From assembly GCA_963847705.1 (NCBI GenBank), contig CAWKBC010000029.1, positions 288,001 to 352,000 of the forward strand: DNA of 64,000 nt, read 5' to 3'. The notes beneath the pieces were generated by a model that was not told the DNA's origin, did not search any database, and was given only the letters and a program-made list of their open reading frames with translations. Shown here one piece after another: positions 46,266-59,821 of the stretch. A program made the translations under genes and the position numbers. This DNA comes from an uncultured Pseudomonadota bacterium. Lineage in GTDB: Bacteria > Myxococcota_A > Polyangia > Fen-1088. How positions within the stretch are numbered: the stretch's first letter is position 1; each line of letters opens with the position of its first letter.

Positions 46266-47606
46266 GTGCGCGTCGCGGTCATCGGCGGCGGGATCTCCGG
46301 GCTGACCGCCGCGCACCTCCTGGTCGGCGCCGGGCACGACGTGGCGCTGGTCGACGACGCGGCCGAGCCGGGCGGGCTCATCGCCGGCGCGCGCGTCGAC
46401 GGCTTTCTCTGCGAGCGCGGGCCGCAGGCGGTGCTCGACGGGTCGGAGGCGGTGCGGGCGCTCATCAGCAGCGCCGGCCTCGAGGCGCGGATCGTCCGCG
46501 CCCTCCCCGCCGCGCGCCGCCGCTCGGTCTACGTCGCCGGAAAGCTGCGGCCCTTTCCCGCCAGCCCGCCCGCGCTCCTCAAGACGAATCTGCTCAGCGC
46601 GCGCGGCAAGCTGCGGCTCCTGCGCGAGCCGTTCGTTCGACGCCGAGGAGAAGCGGAGGGCGAAGACGATGAATCGGTGTTCGACTTCGTGGCCCGCCGC
46701 TTTGGCAAGGAGGCGGCCGAGCGCGCGGCGGGCCCCGCGCTCATCGGCGTCTACGCCGGCGACGCGGCCGCGCTGTCGGTGCGGGCGGCGTTGCCGCGCC
46801 TCGCCGCGCTCGAGCGCGAGCACGGCAGCGTCTTGCGGGGCATGTTTCGCGCGCGCGGGACCAACCGGCTCGGTCGCCCCATCACGTTCCCCGAAGGTCT
46901 GGGCGAGCTGCCGCGCGCGCTCGGCGCCGCGCTCGGGGCGCGACGTCGGGCGGCGCGCGCGATGGGGATCGCGCGGCGCACTGGCGGCTGGACGGTCGCG
47001 CTCGAGGGTGGCGCGGCGCTCGAGGCCGAGCGTCTGGTCCTCGCCACCCCGGCCGCCGCGACCGCCGCGCTGCTGGCGCCGCACGCGGCCGGCGCCGCCG
47101 AGGCGCTGCGCGCCATCCCGCACGCGCCCGTCGCCGTGGTCTGCCTGGGCTTTGGCGCCGCCGGCGCCGGTGCGCTGGGGATCGACCTCGACGCCTACGG
47201 GTTCGTGGTGGCCCGCGGCGAAGGGCTCTCCCTCCTCGGTTGCCAGTATGACTCCTCGGTCTTCCCGGGCCGCGCGCCCGCGGGCGGCGTGCTCCTGCGC
47301 GCGCTCTGCGGCGGGACGTTCGAGCCGGGGCTGGTCGACGCCGACGACGCCACGATCACCGGACAGGTGCTCGGCGATCTTCGCCGCAGCGCCGGGCTCC
47401 GGGGCGATCCCGAGGTCGTTCAGATCTGGCGCGCGCGTCCCGGGATCCCGCAATACGATCGCGCACACCGGGCGCGCGTCCGCGCCGTCGACGAGGCCCT
47501 GACGCGCCTCCCGGGCCTGTCGGTGATCGGACACGCCCTGCGCGGCGTCGGCGTGAGCGCCTGCATCGGGGCCGCCACCGCGCTCGTCGGTGAGATCGGA
47601 GCTTGA
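46266..47606 (+). CDS. hemY: HemY-type (proto/copro)porphyrinogen oxidase
   Basis: GGGISGLTAA, ERGP, GVYAGD, IPQY and GVGVSAC. Confidence 0.9.
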   Translation: MRVAVIGGGISGLTAAHLLVGAGHDVALVDDAAEPGGLIAGARVDGFLCERGPQAVLDGSEAVRALISSAGLEARIVRALPAARRRSVYVAGKLRPFPASPPALLKTNLLSARGKLRLLREPFVRRRGEAEGEDDESVFDFVARRFGKEAAERAAGPALIGVYAGDAAALSVRAALPRLAALEREHGSVLRGMFRARGTNRLGRPITFPEGLGELPRALGAALGARRRAARAMGIARRTGGWTVALEGGAALEAERLVLATPAAATAALLAPHAAGAAEALRAIPHAPVAVVCLGFGAAGAGALGIDLDAYGFVVARGEGLSLLGCQYDSSVFPGRAPAGGVLLRALCGGTFEPGLVDADDATITGQVLGDLRRSAGLRGDPEVVQIWRARPGIPQYDRAHRARVRAVDEALTRLPGLSVIGHALRGVGVSACIGAATALVGEIGA

Positions 47607-47649
47607 TTCTCGGCCCGGGCGGCCCGATTCTCCTGCCGAGGAGGTGAGC

Positions 47650-48429
47650 ATGCGCGCCCTGAGAAATCTGTTCGCATTGGCCGTGATCGTCGCCGTCCTG
47701 GGCGGCGGCGCGCTGGTGGCGTTTCGTATCGCGCGCCAGAAGCCGTCGACCCCCGAGGAGATCAAGCCGAACCTCATGGCGGTCAGCTCCGCCGGCTCCT
47801 ACCTCTACGGCGCACGGGCCGGACAGCGCGTGATTCTGTTCGACACCGGCGCTGACCCGGCCGGCAATCCGGTCGACATCGCCCTCGCCGGCCTTCACGC
47901 CGGGCGCGGCGACGTCTCCGACATTTTCCTCACCCACGCCCACGGCGATCACACGGCCGGCGCGAGCGGCCTCACCGGCGCGCACGTCCATCTCGGCCAG
48001 GCGGACGTCCCCTTCGCCGAAGGGCGTGCCCCCTGGGACAACCTGCTGCTCCGGCTGATGAGCAAGGGGATGGGAGCTCCCTCGATCAACGTCAGCAACC
48101 CGCTCGACGGGGTGCAGGTCGTCGAGCTCGGCGGCGGAAAGACCGTCAAGGCGATCCCGGTGCCCGGCCACACGCCCGGCTCGTATGTGTTCTTCTACGA
48201 CGGCGTTCTCTTCACCGGAGACACGGCGATCTTCAAGCAGGGGCGGCTCGACCGCGGACCGGGCCTCTTCGACAGCAACAGCGAGCAGGTGAAGGCCTCG
48301 GTGACGGCGCTGAAGCAGCAGCTGGCCGGCGCCGAGATCGAAGCCGTCTGCACGGGGCACGGCGGCTGCACGCCGATCGGGCTCGGACGCACGCTGTTCG
48401 ATGACTTCGTCGGACGGGTCGGCGGCTGA
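47650..48429 (+). CDS. Membrane-anchored MBL-fold metallo-hydrolase
   Basis: N-terminal TM, THAHGDH, PGHTPGS, FTGD and GHG. Confidence 0.88.
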   Translation: MRALRNLFALAVIVAVLGGGALVAFRIARQKPSTPEEIKPNLMAVSSAGSYLYGARAGQRVILFDTGADPAGNPVDIALAGLHAGRGDVSDIFLTHAHGDHTAGASGLTGAHVHLGQADVPFAEGRAPWDNLLLRLMSKGMGAPSINVSNPLDGVQVVELGGGKTVKAIPVPGHTPGSYVFFYDGVLFTGDTAIFKQGRLDRGPGLFDSNSEQVKASVTALKQQLAGAEIEAVCTGHGGCTPIGLGRTLFDDFVGRVGG

Positions 48430-48431
48430 GC

Positions 48432-49352
48432 GTGCACCTCGTCGTTTTCTCCGCCTCCAGGCTGTTTCAGGTCTTTCAGATCTTGGCCGCGCTGCTGGCG
48501 CTCGGCGGGTCGCCGCAGCGCACGCCGACGCCCGACGAGCTGCGCCTCTTCGATGAAGGGACGCGCGCCCTGGCGGCCGGCGACGCGCGCGGCGCCGAGA
48601 AGGCCTGGCGGGCCGGCTACGAGATCGCCCACGATCCGGCCTTCCTGGTCCACCTCGGCGAGGCGGAGGAGAAGGCCGGTCAGACGACCGAAGCGATCGA
48701 CAGCTATCGACGCTATCTGCGCGAGGTCCCCGACGCCTCCGACCGCGCGGACATCGAGCAGCGGCTGGCCCGCCTCGCTCCCGCAGCGCCGGCGCCCGCC
48801 CCGGCGCCCAAGGTGGAGACGCCCGGCGAGTTCGGCGGCGCACCACCGGCCAGCGCGCCGGCCGCCCCCGCGGCCCCGCCCGCCCCCGCGCCGGCTGCCG
48901 CCAACGCCGCCCGCATCGACGCGGAGCACCCGGCCGGCCAGGAGCAAGAGGACTCGGGATGGAACCGCTACAACACGACCGCCGTCATCGCCTCGGGCGT
49001 CACCATCGCGCTCCTGGGCACGGCGGCCTTCTACGGCGCCGAGGCGAGCTCCAAGGAGGGCGACATCAACCGCCTGGTCACCTACCGTTTCCCCCCGCCG
49101 CAGTACTCGTCGGTGGCGGCGACGTACACCAGCGACCTGGCTGACGGACACAGCGACGCCCATACGTCCAGGATCCTGCTGCTGTCGGCGGCTGGGACAG
49201 GGGTCGTCGCCGCCGTCTTCTTCATCCTCGACGCCGTCCGGACACCGTCCGAGCCCGCCCCGGCAGCGCCGGTTCGCCCGGCCGTCTCCGTCTCGATCGC
49301 GCCGGCCGGAAGCGGATTCGGCGCCCAGGGAGCTTGGTCATGGCGATTCTGA
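48432..49352 (+). CDS. TPR-containing exported/membrane protein
   Basis: TPR-like helices (EAIDSYRRYL), Pro/Ala linker, two hydrophobic segments, C-terminal WSWRF. Confidence 0.75.
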   Translation: MHLVVFSASRLFQVFQILAALLALGGSPQRTPTPDELRLFDEGTRALAAGDARGAEKAWRAGYEIAHDPAFLVHLGEAEEKAGQTTEAIDSYRRYLREVPDASDRADIEQRLARLAPAAPAPAPAPKVETPGEFGGAPPASAPAAPAAPPAPAPAAANAARIDAEHPAGQEQEDSGWNRYNTTAVIASGVTIALLGTAAFYGAEASSKEGDINRLVTYRFPPPQYSSVAATYTSDLADGHSDAHTSRILLLSAAGTGVVAAVFFILDAVRTPSEPAPAAPVRPAVSVSIAPAGSGFGAQGAWSWRF

Positions 49353-49645
49353 GCGGGCGCGCCTGGACGCGCTGGACGAAGACGCTCCGGACGCCGGTGC
49401 GGCTCGGTCTGCTGCTGCTCGCCGTGGCGCGCTTGACCGCCTGCTTCAACCCGGCGCAGCCGGGGTGCGCCTTCTCCTGCGCCGGGGACGGCGTCTGTCC
49501 GTCCGGCTACAGCTGTGGCACCGACCTCATCTGCCACCGGGACGACGGTCAAGGAACCTGCTCCATCCAGGCCGACGCCGCGACGACCGACGGCGAGGCA
49601 GACAGCAAGACCGGCACCACCTCCGACGCGACGTCCGGGCAGTAG
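49340..49645 (+). CDS. Small Cys-rich lipoprotein
   Basis: Lipobox LTAC. C-x3-C-x5-CPSGYSC-x5-C module. Confidence 0.7.
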   Translation: MAILSGRAWTRWTKTLRTPVRLGLLLLAVARLTACFNPAQPGCAFSCAGDGVCPSGYSCGTDLICHRDDGQGTCSIQADAATTDGEADSKTGTTSDATSGQ

Positions 49646-49710
49646 AGCCCAGAGCGCTTTTCGCGTGGAGCCTGCCCGGCTCCCGTATAGACTCCCGCGC
49701 GGAAACCACC

Positions 49711-50460
49711 ATGGGCGTTTTCGACATGTTCTCGAAGGAGCGGTCGCGCGAGCGGAACGCCGGCCGCGCCATCAACAAGTACGCCCAGTCGCCCGACCGC
49801 CTGAAGGCGATGCAGACGCTGCTCGAAGAGGGGTCGCCCGAGGCGCTCTACGCCGTCATGCGCCGCTTCGGCATGCTCTACGACAAGACGATCGACGACG
49901 AGCAGGAGAAGGAATACCTGTTCGACAGCCTGGTCGAAAAGGGGGGCGTGGTCCTCGAGCCCCTCAAGAAGTACCTGCTGGCGGCTGAATCAATCTCCTG
50001 GCCGCTGCGCGTGCTCGACAAGGTGGTGGCGACCAAGGATGAGGTCGTCGACGTGCTGGCCGAGGTGATGAAGCGCCACGAGCCCGGCTACGAGCGCGAT
50101 CCCACCAAGAAGATTCAGCTGCTGACCCACCTGGCCGGGATCAAGAGCCCGCGCGTGCCGCCGCTGGTGGCCCCCTACCTCGCCGACATGGACATGGGGG
50201 TGCGTTACGCCGCCGCCGAGGCGCTGCTCACGCAGGGGGACGAGGCGGCGGCGAGCGAGCCGCTGTTGACGGTCTTCGTGTCGGCCGAGGAAGAGAGCCT
50301 TCGCCTCCGCATCCGGATCGCCGACGGCTTCGCCGAGCTCGGATGGTCGCTGGGCGACAAGCGCGCCGAGGTCGAGAAGCGTCTCCCCGATGCGTTCACC
50401 ATCGAGGGGCGCGGCAAGGAGCCGGCCCGCATCAAGAAGAAGCCGACCCCGAAGGAATAA
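49711..50460 (+). CDS. HEAT-repeat protein
   Basis: PYLADMDMGVRYAAAEAL. Strong codon bias. Confidence 0.8.
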   Translation: MGVFDMFSKERSRERNAGRAINKYAQSPDRLKAMQTLLEEGSPEALYAVMRRFGMLYDKTIDDEQEKEYLFDSLVEKGGVVLEPLKKYLLAAESISWPLRVLDKVVATKDEVVDVLAEVMKRHEPGYERDPTKKIQLLTHLAGIKSPRVPPLVAPYLADMDMGVRYAAAEALLTQGDEAAASEPLLTVFVSAEEESLRLRIRIADGFAELGWSLGDKRAEVEKRLPDAFTIEGRGKEPARIKKKPTPKE

Positions 50461-50489
50461 GACAGCAGGAATAAGAGGTAAGGACAGAC

Positions 50490-53819
<3,330 letters not shown>

Positions 53820-53821
53820 TC

Positions 53822-54304
53822 ATGGCCAAGTTCCCGATGACACCACGCGGGCAGCAGGCCCTGCGCGAAGAGCTCAAGCGGCTGCGCGAGGTCGAGCGCC
53901 CCAAGAACGTGCTCGACATCGAAGAAGCACGCGCACACGGCGACCTCAAGGAGAACGCGGAGTACCACGCCGCCAAGGAGCGCCAGGGGTTCATCGAGGG
54001 GCGCTCGCGCGACATCGAATCGATCCTGGCGCAGGCCGAGGTGATCGATCCGACCAAGCTGTCCGGCAGCAAGGTGGTGTTCGGCGCGACCGTGAAGCTG
54101 ACCGACACCGACAGCGGCGAAGAGGTGACCTACATGGTCGTCGGCGACCATGAGGCCGACATCAAGGCGGGGCGCATCGCCGTCTCCGCCCCGCTGGCGC
54201 GTGCCATGATCGGCCGCGAGCGGGGGGAGTCGGTCACGCTCAAGACAGGCAAGGGGACGCGCGAGTACGAGATCTCCGAGGTCCGCTTCGTCGCCGCAAC
54301 CTGA
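53822..54304 (+). CDS. greA: Transcription elongation factor GreA
   Basis: [25 protein letters not shown] and [10 protein letters not shown]. Confidence 0.96.
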   Translation: MAKFPMTPRGQQALREELKRLREVERPKNVLDIEEARAHGDLKENAEYHAAKERQGFIEGRSRDIESILAQAEVIDPTKLSGSKVVFGATVKLTDTDSGEEVTYMVVGDHEADIKAGRIAVSAPLARAMIGRERGESVTLKTGKGTREYEISEVRFVAAT

Positions 54305-54373
54305 TCGCGGCGGAGCGCCCGGGCGGAGCGCCCGAAGCGCAGCACCTCGAGCGGAGCGCCTGCGGCGGCGCGC

Positions 54374-54883
54374 CTAGAGATCGGCAGCGGCGTCGGTCGC
54401 GCCGCCGTCAGGGCCACCGCCGCCGGCGACCCCCGTCGTGCTCCCGCCCTGGCCGCCTGGCGCGCTGGCCCCGGCTGCGCCGCCCAGGCCGGTCGCACCC
54501 GCCGCGCCGCCCAGACCGGTCACCCCGGCCGCGCCGCCCAGGCCCGCCGCCCCGGCTGCGCCGCCCAGGCCCGCCGCCCCGGCTGCGCCCGCTGCTCCGG
54601 CTGTGCCGCCGGTCCCCGCGGCTCCCGCGCCCGCGGCGCCGTTGCCACCCGCTCCACCGGTCCCAGTCGTCCCACCGGTCCCCGTCGTCGGAACGTTGGT
54701 GGTCCCCGGAGCCACGCAACGGCCCCCTTCCATCGTCTCACCGGTGGACGAGCACATGTTGCTGGCGCAGTCGCTGTCCTGGACGCAGCGGCCCCCGATC
54801 CCCTGCGTGCAGGCGACCGCGGCCAGGCCGGCAAAAAAAGACGCGACCAAAACCGAACGGAGACGAAAAGAGATCCGACGCAT
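54374..54883 (-). CDS. Lipoprotein with small Cys domain and Gly/Ala repeats
   Basis: Lipobox AVAC, CVQDSDCASNMC, and repeated GLGGAAGAA units. Confidence 0.75.
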   Translation of the reverse strand: MRRISFRLRSVLVASFFAGLAAVACTQGIGGRCVQDSDCASNMCSSTGETMEGGRCVAPGTTNVPTTGTGGTTGTGGAGGNGAAGAGAAGTGGTAGAAGAAGAAGLGGAAGAAGLGGAAGVTGLGGAAGATGLGGAAGASAPGGQGGSTTGVAGGGGPDGGATDAAADL

Positions 54884-54952
54884 GAGAGGTCGCTCAGTTA
54901 CCACGCACCCACCTGACTGTCTATGGCCGATACCTTGAGGTACGTTCCAGGC

Positions 54953-56884
54953 ATGCGTGCTTCGATTCGGCGGGCCCTCCCTCAGGTTGCCTCGATCGTC
55001 GCCTCGATCGTCGCCGGGGTCGGCGTGACGGTCGTCGCCACCGGCGGCGGAGCGGAGGCCGCCCCGAAGCCGCCCTCCACCCCTCCCGGGCTCTCCGGGC
55101 CTGCCGACCACCCTGCCAGGCCAGCCAAGCCTTCCCGGAAGTCGGCGGCCTCGGCCACCGAAAAGGAGGCGCAGGCATTCCTGACCACCGTGACCAGCCT
55201 GCTCGCGCCCGTCGCGGTGAGCGCCAATCTGGCCGACTGGACGTCGCTCACCGACGTGACCCCCGAGCACACCGGCCAGCGGACCGGGGCCGACAAGACG
55301 CTGGCTGCGCTGGCCGGCTCGAAGCTCATCATCGAGAAGACCAAGGCGCTCCTCAAGAACAGAAAGCAGCTCGACGAGGAGACGGCGCGGCAGCTGGAAA
55401 AGCTGCTGCTCGGCGCGGCCGAGAGCCCGGGGACGATCCCGGACGTGGTGGCCAGGCGGGTGGAGGCGGAGGCCCACCAGTCGAGCATCCTCGACGGTTA
55501 CACCTTCTGCGCGGCGCCGGCAGGAAAAGGCGGGGCTTGCGCGCACCCGATGACGGCCAACCAGATCGACGACATCCTGCGCAAGTCGCGCGATCTCCCC
55601 GAACGGCTGCGCGTCTGGACGGCGTCGAAGGAGATCGGGCGCCCGCTGAAACCCGGCCTGGTCGAGCTCATCAAGCTGCGCAACCAGGTGGCCCAGGAGA
55701 TGGGTTACCATTCCTACTTCGCGCTCCAGGTCGCCGACTACGGGATGACCGTCGAGGAGATGATGAAGCTCCTCGACGACGCGCTCGAGACCACCAAGCC
55801 GCTCTTCGACGGGCTCCATTGCTTCGCCCGGTACGAGCTGGCGGCACGCTTCAAACGGCCGCCGCCGCGGCTCATTCCGGCACACTGGCTGGGAAATCGC
55901 TGGGCGCAGAGCTGGCCGGGGCTGGTTGAATCCGCCAACCTCGATCCGCTGTTCAAGGGGGCGACCGCGGAGAGCATCGTCAAGAGCGCCGAGAACTTCT
56001 ATGTGTCGCTCGGCTTCCCCAAGCTGCCCGCCGCGTTCTGGGAGCGCTCGGACCTCTATCCCGTCCCACCGGGCGTGGGGCGCAAGAAGAACGCCCACGC
56101 CTCCGCCTGGGACATCGATCGCGCCGGCGACGTCCGCTCGCTCATGAGCGTCGAGCCGAACGCGGAGTGGTTCGACGCCGCCCACCACGAGCTCGGCCAC
56201 GTCTACTACTTCATGTCGTACGATCGACCGGAGGTCCCCTACCTGCTGCGCGATGGCGCCAACCGGGCCTTTCACGAGGCGGTGGGCGAGCTGGCCAAGC
56301 TGGCCAGCGAGCAGACGCCCTACCTGGTGAAGGTCGGCGTGATGCCGGAGGGCAAGCAGCCCGACCCCACGGAATGGCTGCTCCAGTCGGCGCTCGACTC
56401 GATCGTGTTTCTCCCCTTCTCCGCCGGCACGATGAGCCACTTCGAGCACGATCTGTACGAAGAGGAGCTCCCGCCGACCGAGTGGCAGCAGAGATGGTGG
56501 GACGACGTGGCGACATTTCAAGGCGTGGTGCCGCCGGGAAGCCGCGAGGGGGATCTCTGCGACGCCTGCACCAAGACGCACATCAACGACGACCCGGCGC
56601 AGTACTACGATTACGCGCTGGCCACGATGATCAAGTTCCAGCTCCACGATCACATCTGCAACACGATCCTCAAGCAGGACGTACGGGCCTGCGACTACTC
56701 GGGCAACAAGGAGGTGGGCGCGTTCTTGAAGGGGATTCTCTCTCTGGGCGCGACGCGTGACTGGCGGACGGTCATCAAGGACGCGACCGGCGAGCCGATC
56801 TCGCCGCGCGCGCTGATGGCGTTCTATCAGCCGCTGGTCGAGGTGCTGGCCAAGCGCAACGAAGGCCGGGACTGCTCGCGGTGA
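54953..56884 (+). CDS. M2-family (ACE-like) peptidyl-dipeptidase
   Basis: HHELGH, GANRAFHEAVGE, HASAWD and FQLH; signal peptide. Confidence 0.92.
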   Translation: MRASIRRALPQVASIVASIVAGVGVTVVATGGGAEAAPKPPSTPPGLSGPADHPARPAKPSRKSAASATEKEAQAFLTTVTSLLAPVAVSANLADWTSLTDVTPEHTGQRTGADKTLAALAGSKLIIEKTKALLKNRKQLDEETARQLEKLLLGAAESPGTIPDVVARRVEAEAHQSSILDGYTFCAAPAGKGGACAHPMTANQIDDILRKSRDLPERLRVWTASKEIGRPLKPGLVELIKLRNQVAQEMGYHSYFALQVADYGMTVEEMMKLLDDALETTKPLFDGLHCFARYELAARFKRPPPRLIPAHWLGNRWAQSWPGLVESANLDPLFKGATAESIVKSAENFYVSLGFPKLPAAFWERSDLYPVPPGVGRKKNAHASAWDIDRAGDVRSLMSVEPNAEWFDAAHHELGHVYYFMSYDRPEVPYLLRDGANRAFHEAVGELAKLASEQTPYLVKVGVMPEGKQPDPTEWLLQSALDSIVFLPFSAGTMSHFEHDLYEEELPPTEWQQRWWDDVATFQGVVPPGSREGDLCDACTKTHINDDPAQYYDYALATMIKFQLHDHICNTILKQDVRACDYSGNKEVGAFLKGILSLGATRDWRTVIKDATGEPISPRALMAFYQPLVEVLAKRNEGRDCSR

Positions 56885-57939
56885 TCGGCCCGCGCTTCGC
56901 CGCAGCCATCGGGCTGGTGCTGGCCGCGCTCAACGGACCGCCCCCGTCCCCCCACCTCCCCGGCAGCGCGACCCTGCCGCCCATCACGGTCCCGCCGCCC
57001 CCGGCACCGCCCGCCGACCGGGAGCGCGGCGTGGCGCTCGGCCTGTTCGCCGAGGACGTGAGCTTCTCGTACGCGCCGCTGCTGGCCGAGATCGTGGCGC
57101 TGGGAGCCACGCACGTGGCCCTGGTGGTGCCGCTCTACCAGACCGACGGGACCAGCGTGGACCTTGGCCTCGACACCCGCTTCTCCCCCACCCTCGAGAC
57201 CGTGGCCGAGACGGCGCGCGCGGCGAAGCGCGACGGGCTGGAGGTCACCATCTTCCCCATCGTCCGGCTGTCCGCGCCGCGCGCAGGCGAGTGGCGCGGC
57301 ACGCTGGCGCCGCGCGATCGCGACGCCTGGTTCCGAAGTTACGGCGACAAGCTGGGCGATCTGGCCGGCATCGCCGCGATGACCGGCGCCAAGCGGCTGG
57401 TCGTCGGCAGCGAGCTGTCGACGCTCGACGGCGACCTCGATCGCTGGCGTCCCGTCATCGAGAAGGTGCGCGCCGTCTTCCCCGGCAAGCTCGTCTACTC
57501 GGCCAACTGGGACCACTACAAGAACGCGCCGCTCTTCGACCTCTGCGACGAGGAGGGGATCTCGGGCTACTTCAACCTGCGCGACACCAAGGCCCCCGAC
57601 GACGACGCGACGGCGGAGGCGGGCTGGCGGCGGGTGCGGCAGGAGCTGGAGGCCTGGCGGGTCGGGCGCTCGGCCCCCTTCATCTTCACGGAGCTCGGCT
57701 ACCGCTCGCGCGCCGGCGCGACCGCAGCGCCCTGGGACGAGGGTCCCGGCGGCACCCCCGATCCCGACGAGCAGCGCCGCGGCTTCGCTGCCTTTCGCCG
57801 CGCCTGGACCGGCTCGCCGATCCTCGATGGGGTCTACATCTGGAACTGGTACGGCTACGGCGGCCCCGCCACCACCAGCTACACGCCCCGCGGCAAGCCC
57901 GCCGAGGCCGAGGTCCGGGCGCTGCTGGAAGCGCTTTAG
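56881..57939 (+). CDS. GH113-like glycoside hydrolase
   Basis: WRG, VGSEL, YSANWD, FTELGYRS and PW. GTGA overlap with the upstream gene. Confidence 0.8.
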   Translation: MIGPRFAAAIGLVLAALNGPPPSPHLPGSATLPPITVPPPPAPPADRERGVALGLFAEDVSFSYAPLLAEIVALGATHVALVVPLYQTDGTSVDLGLDTRFSPTLETVAETARAAKRDGLEVTIFPIVRLSAPRAGEWRGTLAPRDRDAWFRSYGDKLGDLAGIAAMTGAKRLVVGSELSTLDGDLDRWRPVIEKVRAVFPGKLVYSANWDHYKNAPLFDLCDEEGISGYFNLRDTKAPDDDATAEAGWRRVRQELEAWRVGRSAPFIFTELGYRSRAGATAAPWDEGPGGTPDPDEQRRGFAAFRRAWTGSPILDGVYIWNWYGYGGPATTSYTPRGKPAEAEVRALLEAL

Positions 57940-57947
57940 GCCGAGAT

Positions 57948-59729
57948 CTACTGCGGATTCATCGCGCCGGCGGTGACGAGCGCGCCGATCGAGGTGAAGG
58001 CGGTCAACGGCAGCGTGAGATCCATCGTCCAGCTCTTGCCCACGCCGTCGCCGCCAGCGGTGAAGACGAGGGGGATCGGCCCGCTGCCGCCGCGCGCGAT
58101 CGCGGCCAGGCGCGGGCTGGCGCCCAGCGTCCCGACCAGGCCCAGGACCGGTGCCAGGTCGAAGTAGTAGAAGCCGTCTCGCCCCTTCGCCCCCGTCTCC
58201 GCCTCGGTGAACGACGCGCTCTTGGCGGTCACCGCCGCCTTGCCTGAAGCGATCGCGGCCAGGCGCGCCCGCGCGTCCCGACCGAAGGTGATCACCACGC
58301 GGGTCCCCGCCACGGCCTGGTAGAGGTCGAACCCCGATCCGAAGAACTTGCGGATCTCGGCGCTGTCGAAGGGGCTCTCCTTCTTGATCGTCATCCGGAA
58401 GTGGATCGCCTTGGCCTTGCCGACGCTCTCGCGCTTGGAGGTCCAATCGAACATCGCAGCCGAGTTGCCGAGCTGCGCCCGGAGCAGCGCCGAGGTCGCC
58501 TCCGCGTCCATGCGCCCGAGCGCCCCGCCCACCTTGGCGGCGGTCGCCGCGTCCTTGAGCGGGGTGGAGAACGCCCCCGTGAAGTAGGGCGCCTCCTTGG
58601 TCGCCGCCATCATGCCCGACTGTCCGCCGACCATGCCGGCCAGGAAGGCGTCGTAGTACACGAGCGCCGCCACCGCCCCCTTGGTCTTGTCCGCCGCCAG
58701 CCGGTCGCGGTAATGCCCGAGGATCTGCTTCCAGAACGTCCCGATGCTCATGGCGCCGATCATCACCGGCGCGCCCGTACCCCCCAGGATCGCCCGGTCG
58801 ATCTCGAACGGACGCACCTCGCGGGCCGTCGCCTCCAGCATCGTCCCCGGGCGGGCCATGAGGCGCCCCCGCAGGATGAGCCCGCGCGCCGGATCGAGCG
58901 CCAGTCCGATCTCAATCCGCTCGGCGTCGCCGACGAGACCCAGCATCGTCCCGAAGGTCTCGTAGACGTAGCTGTCCGGGGTCATGAACGAGGTCTGCGC
59001 CGTCTGCAGCTGGCGCATCTGCTCGAGGAACGCAGTGATGGCGCTCTTGACGTCGGTCCCGTGCGCGCGGGCAATCGCCTCGGGATAAATCGTCGTGGTG
59101 GCGTCGTCGGCGCTCCCGTGCCGCGCCTCGAGCGCCAGCATGGTCCCGCGCGCCATCGCGTCGACCTCGTCGCCCATGACCACCACGGCCCCGGCGCGGT
59201 AGACCCATCCCTGCGCCTTGCCAGAGGCATCGGCCAGCTTCGTCAACGGACCGCTGATCATGACCGGCTTGCCCAGCGCCGCGATCAACTTCTCGGCTTC
59301 GGCCGGGCCACGCGCCGGGATCGCCAGCACCAGGCCGCTGCGCCCCTTTTCGTCGAGCGCGACGACGACCGCGCCGCAGGGGCTGGCGAGATCGAGGTTG
59401 GTCGCCACCTCGGGGGCGAGGCCGGCCTCCGACAGCAACATGTCGCGCACGCCCTCCGGTGTCATCGGAAGCGGGACCGCCGCTCCGACGAGCTTCACGC
59501 CGTTGGCCAGCAGGCGGTCGAACGAGCCGACGGAGACCGTGGCCATCTGATAGGGCCGCGCCGTCGCCGGCGGCAGCAGCGTGACGGGCGGAAGGACCGT
59601 GGGCCCGGGCGGCTTGATCGCCACCGCCGCCGGCGCCGCCGCGGCCGTTTTTGGCTGAGGCGCCGTCGCCGCGCAGGCCGTCGCCAGCACACAGAACAGG
59701 ATCACACCCCTTCCGACGGGCTCGATCAT
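57948..59729 (-). CDS. Large hypothetical lipoprotein
   Basis: Lipobox ATAC. TATCGT 6 nt before ATG 59729. Typical codon usage. Confidence 0.8.
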   Translation of the reverse strand: MIEPVGRGVILFCVLATACAATAPQPKTAAAAPAAVAIKPPGPTVLPPVTLLPPATARPYQMATVSVGSFDRLLANGVKLVGAAVPLPMTPEGVRDMLLSEAGLAPEVATNLDLASPCGAVVVALDEKGRSGLVLAIPARGPAEAEKLIAALGKPVMISGPLTKLADASGKAQGWVYRAGAVVVMGDEVDAMARGTMLALEARHGSADDATTTIYPEAIARAHGTDVKSAITAFLEQMRQLQTAQTSFMTPDSYVYETFGTMLGLVGDAERIEIGLALDPARGLILRGRLMARPGTMLEATAREVRPFEIDRAILGGTGAPVMIGAMSIGTFWKQILGHYRDRLAADKTKGAVAALVYYDAFLAGMVGGQSGMMAATKEAPYFTGAFSTPLKDAATAAKVGGALGRMDAEATSALLRAQLGNSAAMFDWTSKRESVGKAKAIHFRMTIKKESPFDSAEIRKFFGSGFDLYQAVAGTRVVITFGRDARARLAAIASGKAAVTAKSASFTEAETGAKGRDGFYYFDLAPVLGLVGTLGASPRLAAIARGGSGPIPLVFTAGGDGVGKSWTMDLTLPLTAFTSIGALVTAGAMNPQ

Positions 59730-59821
59730 GCCGGGACGATACCCGCAGGTAGGCCACGCCCCTAGCATTTTTCCGAGGGCGAGGTTGCGGGGAGGGGCCA
59801 CGCTTGCTACCGTCGGGCGAG

